A stretch of DNA of 64,000 bases, from assembly GCA_963833985.1 (NCBI GenBank), contig CAWIAD010000002.1, positions 6,368,001 through 6,432,000 on the forward strand, read 5' to 3'. Below, piece after piece: positions 31,228 through 39,214 of this stretch (the first letter of the stretch is position 1; the number at the start of each line of letters is the position of its first letter). This stretch comes from an uncultured Planctomycetaceae bacterium. Its GTDB lineage: Bacteria > Planctomycetota > Planctomycetia > Isosphaerales > Isosphaeraceae. The translations under genes and the position numbers were made by a program. Below the pieces are notes generated by a model that worked only from the letters and a program-made list of their open reading frames with translations, searched no databases and was not told the DNA's origin.

Positions 31228-31268
31228 ATGTCCCGTTTCCCCGTTTCGTCTCTGTCCCGTTTCGTCTC
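31228..31268 (+). repeat. stuttered right-end motifs of the Y1 transposase element family
   Basis: ATGTCCCGTTT (31228), CCCGTTT (31240), TGTCCCGTTT (31253). Confidence 0.75.
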
Positions 31269-31940
31269 GGGGAGGCCCTTGTCGCCGTACCCCTGCTCGC
31301 ATTGATCATTCCGGTCGAGGTCGCCGCTCCGCTAGCGGTCCTCGTGTCGGTCACGGTCGCCGGGGTCATTCTCTTACAGGACTGGCGGGACGTCCATACG
31401 AGCAGCGCTTGGAGGCTCATTCTTTCGACCACGTTCGGCATCCCTTGCGGTCTTCTGTTACTAACATCGGTCGCGGAACCGATAGTCAAGGCGGTTCTCG
31501 CCGCCGTGATCATTACCTTCGCGATGTACCGCCTGGTCGGACGCAGCCGTTTCGAGTTGGAGGACGACCGCCTGGCGTGGCTATTCGGGTTTGGGGCCGG
31601 GGTGCTGGGTGGCGCTTACGGCGTGAACGGGCCCCCGCTGGTGGCCTACGGGACACTGCGGCGCTGGTCTCCCGATCGGTTCCGGGCTACTCTGCAAGGG
31701 TACTTCCTGCCCGCCAGCCTGGTCGGCATGGCGGGTTACTGGGTGGCTGGTCTCTGGGTTCCCGCAGTGACTCGCTACTACCTCATGTCCATGCCAGTGG
31801 TCCTGGCGGCGACCGCTCTCGGACGTGTGCTCAACCGACGCTTGGATGGGCGTCGGTTCCTCCTCTACGTCCACATCGGGCTGATGGTGATCGGGTTGAT
31901 CCTCTTGATCCAGGCGGTGTGGGGTTCGGGCAGGTCATGA
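31269..31940 (+). pseudogene. TauE/SafE family sulfite exporter, 5'-truncated (may be translated from an in-frame start in the repeat)
   Basis: GEALVAVPLL, GVLGGAYGVNGPPLV, FRATLQGYF. The first TM helix is replaced by end-repeat sequence. Confidence 0.75.
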
Positions 31941-32114
31941 GCCGATCCGGCAGGCATTGAAGATCAACGACCGACCGCAGTCATTACGGCGGGTCCTGCC
32001 CATGCATTGGGGTATGGCCCAACCTGCCCCCAGGAACTTGCGGCTGATTGTTACCGCATGTATGCTCGGCCCTCCGAAACACCCTTGACTTCACGTTATT
32101 GGGGGCAAACGCTG

Positions 32115-32516
32115 ATGGACATCAATCGACGCAGGTTACTGGCGAGTGGAACGACCTTGGCGGGCTTCTCGGCGCTGCATGGCGTGGCAGAGGTGCAGGG
32201 TGGAGAAACGGCCAACGTTCCGACCGAGGCAGTAGTTCTCACGGCCATGGTGAAGGCCAGGACGGGGCAGGAAGAAGCGGTGAAGGAAGCCCTGCTCTCC
32301 CTGGTCGAGCCGACTCGGAAGGAACCTGGCTGCCTCTGCTACAACCTTCACCAGTCGAAGTCCGACCCGACTCAATTCATGTTCTATGAACAATGGGCCA
32401 GCAAGGAGGATCTGGCTGCCCACGGTAAAACTCCCCACATGAAGGCCCTGGGTGGGAAGCTCAAGGACAGAACAGAAAAAGGAGGCGGGGTGGTCTTGTA
32501 CGAGTTGCTGAAGTAA
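32115..32516 (+). CDS. ABM-family (putative quinol) monooxygenase with twin-arginine leader
   Basis: NRRRLL leader; TRKEPGCLCYNLHQS..F.FYEQW.S..L.AH.KTPH. Confidence 0.85.
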   Translation: MDINRRRLLASGTTLAGFSALHGVAEVQGGETANVPTEAVVLTAMVKARTGQEEAVKEALLSLVEPTRKEPGCLCYNLHQSKSDPTQFMFYEQWASKEDLAAHGKTPHMKALGGKLKDRTEKGGGVVLYELLK

Positions 32517-32525
32517 GGGGCAGAG

Positions 32526-32647
32526 AATACAGGACAGCAGCCGGATAGACGCGGGAGAGAAACCGGGACGTCTTTGGTATTGAAGCGGCAGATCGAAAAC
32601 GAGAGAGAAACCGGGACATCCTCAATATTGCAGTGGCGGGGGGTGTC
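32526..32647 (+). repeat. stuttered left-end motifs of the Y1 transposase element
   Basis: AATACAGGACA (32526), GGAGAGAAACCGGGACGTC (32554), GAGAGAAACCGGGACATC (32603). The latter two share TATTG.AG.GGC downstream. Confidence 0.8.
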
Positions 32648-32656
32648 GGCGATACT
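32628..32656 (+). promoter_or_regulatory. sigma-70-like promoter inside the left end; probably a leaderless transposase mRNA
   Basis: TTGCAG-N17-GATACT, with the ATG 6 nt after the -10 box and no SD. Confidence 0.6.
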
Positions 32657-32662
32657 GGTTCC

Positions 32663-33340
32663 ATGCCACGAACAGCACGATCGATCGAGGCGGGGATGGT
32701 TTATCACGTTCTCAACCGGGGGAACGGGCGGTTGCGGCTGTTTCACAAGGATGAGGACTATGAAGCCTTCGAACGCGTGCTCAGCGATGGGTTGCAGAGG
32801 TACCCGGTCGACCTGCTGACGTATTGCCTCATGCCCGATCACTGGCACCTGGTCGTCAGGCCGAGAGCCGACGCGGCACTGGGGAGGTTCATGGGGTGGG
32901 TGGGCGTGACCCATGTCCGCCGACACCAGGAGCGCTATCACCGTCGGGGATCCGGACACCTCTACCAGGGCCGCTACAAGAGCTTTCCCGTCGCCGAGGA
33001 TGCTTACTTCCTGACCCTTTGCCGCTATGTCGAGGCCAACGCGGTGCGGGCCGGATTGGTGGCGCACGCCGAAGAGTGGCGCTGGGGGGCGTACTGGCGG
33101 CGGGCGCATCGCCGCACCGACCTTCCTCTGGGTCGCTGGCCTCTGGAGCGTCCCCGGAACTGGAGGACCCTGGTCAACGGCCGCCTCTCCCCTGAAGAGC
33201 TGAGCCAGGTCCGCAAGTCTGTTACGCGCGGCCGCCCGCTCGGGACAGAAGAGTGGATTCTGTCGACAGCGGCTCGATTGAAGCTGGAATTCACCCTCCG
33301 CAGCCCGGGCCGCCCACGTGCGAATCCCGAGAATCTGTGA
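32663..33340 (+). mobile_element. Y1/HUH tyrosine transposase (REP-associated RAYT / IS200-like fold)
   Basis: MPRTAR, YHVLNRGN, YCLMPDHWHLVV (HUH), GHLYQGRYKS, CRYVEANAVRAG (catalytic Tyr), GRP tail. Confidence 0.92.
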
Positions 33341-33369
33341 TGTCCCGTTTTGTACGCCGTCCCGTTTTG
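33340..33369 (+). repeat. duplicated right-end motif overlapping the transposase stop codon
   Basis: tgATGTCCCGTTTTG (33340) and GTCCCGTTTTG (33359), inverted relative to the left-end AACGGGACAT. Confidence 0.8.
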
Positions 33370-33414
33370 CACGCCGGGTGCGATCGCGGGATTTGGCCTC
33401 TGATGAGAAGGATT

Positions 33415-33700
33415 CCAGGGATGATTACGCGGGTCGTCTACGGCCAGCCCTTCGGCGGTGGCGTCGTCGTCGGGGGCGTGGTCGGCCGAGATCAGCGTCA
33501 CCAGGGCGAAACCGGCGTCCTGCTCTTTCCAGTCGATTTCGAGGGTGGCCGCGAGCTGCACGGCGTCATAGGTGCGGAGCGCATGCGCATTGGCCAGCCG
33601 CATGGCGTCGTCGAACAGGGCTGGTGGAATTTCGAGAACCGCGTAACGGCCGGTCAGATGCTGGCGGGTGCGATAGAGGATCGACGACGCCTTGGCGGGG
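33415..33700 (-). pseudogene. 5'-truncated VapC/PIN toxin remnant
   Basis: AMRLANAHALRTYDAVQLAATL...TLISAD...AEGLAVDDPRNHP. The N-terminal half is absent and the expected stop reads TGG. Confidence 0.75.
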
Positions 33701-33871
33701 GAGAGATAATGGGACAGGAGAGGAGAGTTAACGGGACATCTATGGAGGAGAATTAACGGGACACCTTCGATATTGAAGCGGCGAGGGGTGTCACTGCAAC
33801 CGACACCGAAAATGCATGTGCAAGAGCCAACGAACCTCTTGCTTCCGTAATCCAGCGCATGCGACCGTATA

Positions 33872-33886
33872 GCTAGACAGTCTAGC
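33872..33886. promoter_or_regulatory. palindromic operator upstream of TA operon (likely autoregulation)
   Basis: Perfect GCTAGAC-A-GTCTAGC, 18 bp before the antitoxin start. Confidence 0.6.
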
Positions 33887-33904
33887 CAATCTGGAGAACC
33901 TCTC

Positions 33905-34144
33905 ATGGACTGGAATCTTGCGGATGCCAAGAATCGATTCAGTGAGGTCGTGAACCTCGCGCTCACTGAAGGGCCACAGCGGGTTCGTCGCCGAAAGGAC
34001 ACGGTTGTTGTCGTGTCCGCCGCAGAATACGAGAGGCTCACCGGAGAACGTCCGGCCTTCAGAGACTACCTCGCCCAGGGGGAATCCTTCGAGGGTCTCG
34101 ACCTGGCTCGTGACCAGAGCCCCGGTCGGGACGTGGCCCTGTGA
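33905..34144 (+). CDS. Phd/YefM family antitoxin
   Basis: WNLADAKNRFSEVV..ALTEGPQRV.RR...VVVVSAAEYERL. Confidence 0.92.
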   Translation: MDWNLADAKNRFSEVVNLALTEGPQRVRRRKDTVVVVSAAEYERLTGERPAFRDYLAQGESFEGLDLARDQSPGRDVAL

Positions 34145-34563
34145 AGGTCCTGCTCGATACCTGCGTCCTGGCGGAGCTACGCGGTCCCGAGGGACATCCC
34201 GCCGTCAAGGCCGCAGTCGCGGAGCTCGCTGACGGAGATCTCTTCTTTAGCGTCCTGACCATCGGTGAGATCGCCAAGTGCGTTGCGCTTCTCGCCGCCG
34301 GCCGAAAGAAGAAGGCCCTCGCATCCTGGCTCAACGGTCTTGAGGTCAAGTACGCGGACCGGCTCCTCGCCATCGACGCCGAAACGGCCCGGATCTGGGG
34401 CGAGTTCACGGCTCGTTCACAGCAGGCCGGGCAAATTGTGCCCGCCGTGGATGGGCTGCTCGCGGCAACCGGAATCCGTCACGGTCTGCACGTGATGACC
34501 CGCAACACTCGCCACTTTGAAGCGAGCGGGGCGCTTGTTCTGGATCCCTGGCAGGATTCATGA
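34141..34563 (+). CDS. vapC: VapC family PIN toxin
   Basis: LLDTCVLAE, SVLTIGEI, DGLLAAT, MTRNTRHF. GTGA overlap with the antitoxin. Confidence 0.92.
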   Translation: MKVLLDTCVLAELRGPEGHPAVKAAVAELADGDLFFSVLTIGEIAKCVALLAAGRKKKALASWLNGLEVKYADRLLAIDAETARIWGEFTARSQQAGQIVPAVDGLLAATGIRHGLHVMTRNTRHFEASGALVLDPWQDS

Positions 34564-34943
34564 GCAAGCACAGAACGACGAGTCACCGAGGCGACCAGGC
34601 TGAAACTCTGAGAGAACTCTCTGAAAATCTCCACGGTACTCGATCACATTGACAGTAGTCATATCGCGTTGCTTGAGTTTCCGCGTGGCTCCGTCTGGAA
34701 TCGCGACCAGGTTCGCGGACTGTTTGACTCCCTCGTTCGGCGACACCCAGTCGGGTCGGCGGCCTGCTCGCGGCCCCGGACGCCTTCGTACGAACCCCGA
34801 AAGCGAGTCATGTCCCGTATTGGACCCGTATTGGGCCCCCGTCCAGTTTTGGACCCCTTCGGTATGATGAATTCCGATGTACACTCAAGAGTCTGCGCCA
34901 GATCCGTATTTGCTTCGTCGAACTCCATGCGGGGGGAGCGTTC

Positions 34944-35531
34944 ATGAGATACGACTTCATCGCCATCCCGGACGAGGAGATCCCCCAGGCACGAGAACCA
35001 CTCTTCCAGCACCTCGTCGTCACCTATGCCAGCGAGACCAACAAGACCGCCAGCATGTGGCGGGCGATACCCGGCGATCTGCTGGACTTCAAGCCCCACG
35101 AGAAGGTGAACACCATCCGTGCCATACTGATCCACCAGATCCTTTCCGAGCGACGGTTTTTCGCCCAGTTCGTCGGCATCCAGGAGCCACCTGTCGAAGA
35201 GCTGCTTCCTCCAGGCGATCATCCGATGGTAGGAGAATACCTGGACCAGTACGTCCTGTGTGCAAAGAGACGATTACCTCAGCTTACCGAGGCGACCGCT
35301 GAATGGTGGCTGACGGAGATGCCGTTCTTTGGTGGGCGGAGCAGGCAGCGAATCTGGACGTTCTGGCGGCGTGTGCTTCATACTTGCCACCATCGGACTC
35401 AGATCCAGACCTGGCTGCGCCTGGCGGGTCAACATGTCCCCGCGATCTACGGACCATCCGGGGATGTGCAATGGGACGACGCTGATCCGACCTATTCCCT
35501 GGAGGCGGCGAGGCGGGGCGGGTCAGGTTAA
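34944..35531 (+). CDS. DinB family protein
   Basis: LDFKPHEK, ILIHQILSE, HTCHHRTQI..WLRLAG..VPAIYGPS. Confidence 0.88.
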   Translation: MRYDFIAIPDEEIPQAREPLFQHLVVTYASETNKTASMWRAIPGDLLDFKPHEKVNTIRAILIHQILSERRFFAQFVGIQEPPVEELLPPGDHPMVGEYLDQYVLCAKRRLPQLTEATAEWWLTEMPFFGGRSRQRIWTFWRRVLHTCHHRTQIQTWLRLAGQHVPAIYGPSGDVQWDDADPTYSLEAARRGGSG

Positions 35532-35628
35532 AAGGGCGGGCTCGGTCTCGTGGGGAATCTTGTAGTCATTTTGATTGATGACACAGGCTATCCAGCCTTA
35601 TCATGAAGCGTAGTACCAGAGGGCTGTC

Positions 35629-35823
35629 ATGCGTCTCTTTCCGAGGTTGGCACTGACACTCGTCCTCATCGCTTTCACGGCGTTCTGCGGGTTCGGGTTC
35701 CTTGCCAGCTTCGAGTCGCCTGGCTTTCTCGTGTTTCGGTGGCTCTACGGGGCTGTTGCCATCGCATGCGTCGTTGCCATCGTGGTAGTGTGGCTCAAAA
35801 CATACGCTCACAAGATGAACTGA
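35629..35823 (+). CDS. small two-TM membrane protein
   Basis: 64 aa, two hydrophobic helices, FC.FGFLASFE motif, AGAGGG RBS. Confidence 0.6.
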   Translation: MRLFPRLALTLVLIAFTAFCGFGFLASFESPGFLVFRWLYGAVAIACVVAIVVVWLKTYAHKMN

Positions 35824-35917
35824 CCAGTAGTTTCCGCGAAAAACCGCACAATCACGGCTTGATGCCTGCCACCCCGGTTGCTCCGGCGGCCCCACCTCGC
35901 CACCAGGCTTTTCTCGC

Positions 35918-36040
35918 GGAGAGAAAACGGGACATCTTCGGGACTCGTACGAAACCCTAAATTCAGTGACGTCCCGTCTTGGAACTCAAATTCAGTGACT
36001 TCCTATTTTGGAGCCGCTGTCCCGTTTGGGAGCCCGTTTC
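35918..36040 (+). mobile_element. empty mini-element (left end + right end) followed by stuttered right ends
   Basis: GGAGAGAAAACGGGACATC ... CGTACGAAACCCTAAATTCAGTGACGTCCCGTCTTGG, with further partial copies at 35988, 36018 and 36033. Confidence 0.7.
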
Positions 36041-36102
36041 GGCTTCATCGTCATTCAGTCCGCCCTGCTCCGTGGAATCACACGCGTACGGCGCGGCAGC
36101 AA

Positions 36103-37392
36103 TCAGCGCGGGGGACTTTCCGCCGGATCGGCTTTCTTCCAGGCCCGCACGTATTCGACGCTGAAGGTGGAGGGGAGGTCGGAATCCTCGGGCATGCCGA
36201 ACCAGTCTGGCATGGTCTCGCTGTCGAAGATCAGGAAGAGCGGCTGGTGCCAGTGGGTGTTCTCGACGCGCCGCACGGCAACACCGTCCACGTAGTACGT
36301 GATCTCGTCACTGCTCCAGTCCAGCCCGTAGACATGGAAATCCGCGGCCAGGCGCCAGGGGGCCACCCAGACCCCGCCTTCCTGCCAGTGCTTCCGCTCC
36401 GTCGGGGTGCGGAAGACGTGCAGCGTCATGTTGTCCTTGAAGTCGAATCCCCGGGCCTTGCCGCCGATCTCGAACACGTCGATCTCGGTCTGCCAGCCTG
36501 GCACCTCTTCCTGCTGGAACCAGAAGGAGCTCAAGCCGCCGGAGTCCATCGGCCTCGCCTTCACCTCGTAATAGCCGTAGCTGGACCGGGCCTTCGTATG
36601 CAGTGCAGCGCTGGTGTAATCTCGGTAGCCAAGCCTTTGAAACTCCTTCGGCACGGGCTCTTTCCGCATCGTCAGGTGCAGCTTGCCGTCCGAGACCGTC
36701 ACGTTTCCGTCCGAGAAGAGTGCCGGCTGCCGGCCCTTCCACCAGGACATTCCCATTGTCCATTTCGATGGATCGAGCGCATTGCCTTCGAACTCGTCGC
36801 TCATCGGCTCGAATCTCGTCCAGCCGCCCCTGTTCTGCTGGTCGGAGAACGGGTAAGCATGGGTCGCGTGCCTGGGTGTCTCGCCCAGTGGTCCTACCCT
36901 CGTCCAGACTTTCCCGGGGCGGCGCTCCACCGCGCTGAATGACGCCTTGCCGATCTCTCTGCCATTCTCGATGAAGCGGACTGTCCGGTACGGTCCACTG
37001 GGAACGGATACGATGAGCGGTGAGGCGAACGTGGCGCCGCCGCCGTCGCGCGGTGTCGCCTGGTACTGCACGGAGAGCGTTCCCTCGTCAGCGGTCACGC
37101 CCTCGACCCGGTACTCCCACACCCGATCGCCGCGTTTGATGAGGCCGGCGACCATCCGGCTGTCAAACGCGTTCGCCGGCAGCACGTTCGGTTTCTTGCC
37201 CTGTGTGAATGCGACTCCGAACGTCCTGTCAAACACCGCCCGGTCCCTGATGGCAAGGCAGCTCGATGCACCCTTCAGGCCGGAGTCATTCCTCTCGAAG
37301 TATCCGCTGTGGACGGTATATGGAACCGGCTGGCCCGGGGCCATCAGCAGCGATGCAGCCAGGCAAAGGCTCAAGACGGTGAGCTGGGGCAT
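36103..37392 (-). CDS. exported GH16 glycoside hydrolase with an extra N-terminal domain
   Basis: SDEFEG..LD..KW, YGYYEVKA, EIDVFE catalytic motif, FHVYGLDW, YYVDG, VEYVRAW. Signal peptide and GGAGGAG RBS. Confidence 0.88.
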   Translation of the reverse strand: MPQLTVLSLCLAASLLMAPGQPVPYTVHSGYFERNDSGLKGASSCLAIRDRAVFDRTFGVAFTQGKKPNVLPANAFDSRMVAGLIKRGDRVWEYRVEGVTADEGTLSVQYQATPRDGGGATFASPLIVSVPSGPYRTVRFIENGREIGKASFSAVERRPGKVWTRVGPLGETPRHATHAYPFSDQQNRGGWTRFEPMSDEFEGNALDPSKWTMGMSWWKGRQPALFSDGNVTVSDGKLHLTMRKEPVPKEFQRLGYRDYTSAALHTKARSSYGYYEVKARPMDSGGLSSFWFQQEEVPGWQTEIDVFEIGGKARGFDFKDNMTLHVFRTPTERKHWQEGGVWVAPWRLAADFHVYGLDWSSDEITYYVDGVAVRRVENTHWHQPLFLIFDSETMPDWFGMPEDSDLPSTFSVEYVRAWKKADPAESPPR

Positions 37393-37637
37393 GTTCGTCT
37401 CCTCCCGGTTGTTCGACCGGCCATCGAGGAAGGAATGTTCGGCGGCCCGGCTTCGGCCTGAGGGCTCGTCGGCTCTGGCCTGAGGGCTCGCCGGCATCGG
37501 CATCGGCATCGGCGGCAGCGGGCATCGCCGTCACCATTCTTGATTCTGCCTGTTCCGGTCGGCCGGGTCAAAGGAGGGGTCGCCTGGCGCGGGGCGGACC
37601 GCGGGTGCCTGCGCGGCACCCAGCGCGTCCGGGACGA

Positions 37638-38461
37638 TCAGTCCTGGCGCGGGTGCAAGAGCCGGAGGCTGAGTGGCATCTCCAGTCCGTGGGTTTCCAT
37701 CAGGCCTGAATCGCCAAGGATCGTGCGGCTGGGGCCGTCGGCGACCATGCGGCCGCGGTCGAGCAGGACGGCGCGGGGGCAGATTTCCAGGACCAGTTCG
37801 AGGTCGTGCGTGGCGATCAGCTTGGTCGCGGTCAGGCCGCTGATCAGCTCGATGAACCTGCGCCGGCCGCGCGGGTCAAGGTTCGCCGTGGGCTCGTCGA
37901 GCACCAGGATCGCCGGCCGGCAGGCCAGCACGCCTGCCAGGCAAACGCGCTTCCGCTCGCCGAAGCTGAGGTGGTGGGGCGGGCGTTCGGCGGCCTCGAG
38001 CAGGTTCACGCGCGCCAGGCACTCGCGGGCAAGCGCCGCGCCTCGTTTTGGCTGAGGCCCTGGTTCAGTGGGCCGAAGGCGACGTCCTCGAGCACGGTGG
38101 TGCAGAAGAGCTGGTCGTCGGGATCCTGGAAAAGCAGGCCGACCTTGCGGCGGACCTCGGCCGCCGTGCGCTGGTTCACCGCAACGCCGTCCACCCAGAC
38201 ATGGGGAGTGGCGCGGCCGTTGCCGCCGCCGAGCCGCAGTCCGTGCTGATGGCCAAGCTCCGGCCGTCCCTTGCCGGGAAGCAGACCGTTGAGGTGCAAG
38301 AGCAGCGTGCTCTTGCCCGCACCGTTGGGGCCCACCAGCGCCACGCACTCGCCCTGCGCGAGCTCGAGGTCCACTCCCCGGAGCGCCGGGCTGCCGTCGG
38401 GATAGGAATACTCCAGCCCGCACAGGCGAAGGGCAGGTGCAGCGGTGATCTCAGTGGTCAT
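37638..38461 (-). CDS. nikO: ECF transporter ATPase NikO/CbiO; frameshift near 38036
   Basis: GPNGAGKST, FQDPDDQLF, DVAFGP in one frame; LSFGERKRV, LDEPTANLDP, ATHD in the next. Confidence 0.88.
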
Positions 38462-38554
38462 GAGACTTGAACACGGTTACGAGGTTTATTACGTGAAGGC
38501 AGACCATCGAGGTCCAGGTCTTGCGACGGCGTCCGGGGACGGCCCTCGGGGCGT

Positions 38555-39214
38555 TCAATCCAGGTGATGGAATTCCCCATCCCATCCACGGGCAAGCATG
38601 GCCAGGTGCACGCGCTCGGCCCGGTCGACCGAGCGCAGGAACAGCGAACCGATCATGCCCGTGAGCGGCCTCCAGGAGCGGACCGCGCGTGCCGTGGCGA
38701 ACGTCCGTGCGCGGCGGGCCTGTGTCATCCGCGCCAGCTCATCGCCCAGGACGTGGATGTACCGCTCCATGAAAAGGAGCGTGGCCACCAGTGCCCGGGG
38801 GACGCCCAGCCTGGCCATGGCGCGGAGCAGCCGCGGCCACGAGCAGGCGGCCGCCAGCACCAGCATCATGAGCAGGGCCAGACTGTTTTTGGCCACAATG
38901 GAGAGGACGACCGTCAGCAATCCGTGGCTCGTCCGCGCGGGCAGGCCAGGCGCCACCAGTGCGGCAAGGAAGGCGATGAGGATCCCGAATCCCGACCAGC
39001 GGAGCAGAAGCGACCGCACCGAGACGCCGGAGATCCCAGCCACCAGAGCCAGCACCAGGCCCAGCCCGCCCAGGACCCGCCACTGGCCAATCGGCGTGGC
39101 CACCACGGCGATGACATACACCAGGGCGAGGAGCAGACCGTAGCGCGCGTCGAGCTGTTGCAGGCGGCCCGGCGGGCGGGGCCGGAGGCCAGTCTCTTCC
39201 GCGTCAGGCGGCAT
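38555..39214 (-). CDS. nikQ: ECF transporter T component NikQ/CbiQ
   Basis: ERYIHVL..E..RM..ARRAR, LFLRSVDRAERVHLAMLARG. Confidence 0.9.
   Translation of the reverse strand: MPPDAEETGLRPRPPGRLQQLDARYGLLLALVYVIAVVATPIGQWRVLGGLGLVLALVAGISGVSVRSLLLRWSGFGILIAFLAALVAPGLPARTSHGLLTVVLSIVAKNSLALLMMLVLAAACSWPRLLRAMARLGVPRALVATLLFMERYIHVLGDELARMTQARRARTFATARAVRSWRPLTGMIGSLFLRSVDRAERVHLAMLARGWDGEFHHLD

Larger units (their letters stand above)
33699..34852 (+). mobile_element. putative non-autonomous derivative of the Y1 element carrying a TA pair
   Basis: 33757-33792 matches the transposase left end 32612-32647 at 30/36. 34769-34822 matches the transposase 3'/right end 33299-33352 at 40/54, ungapped. 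Confidence 0.7.

Noticed and set aside
32663..33340. IS605/IS607 element with TnpB or IscB
   Set aside because: No RuvC/Zn-finger ORF is adjacent; the element ends at the transposase stop codon.
29042..36040. Classical integron or CALIN
   Set aside because: No tyrosine integrase, no recognisable attC (RYYYAAC...GTTRRRY) sites, genes are on both strands and several are truncated.
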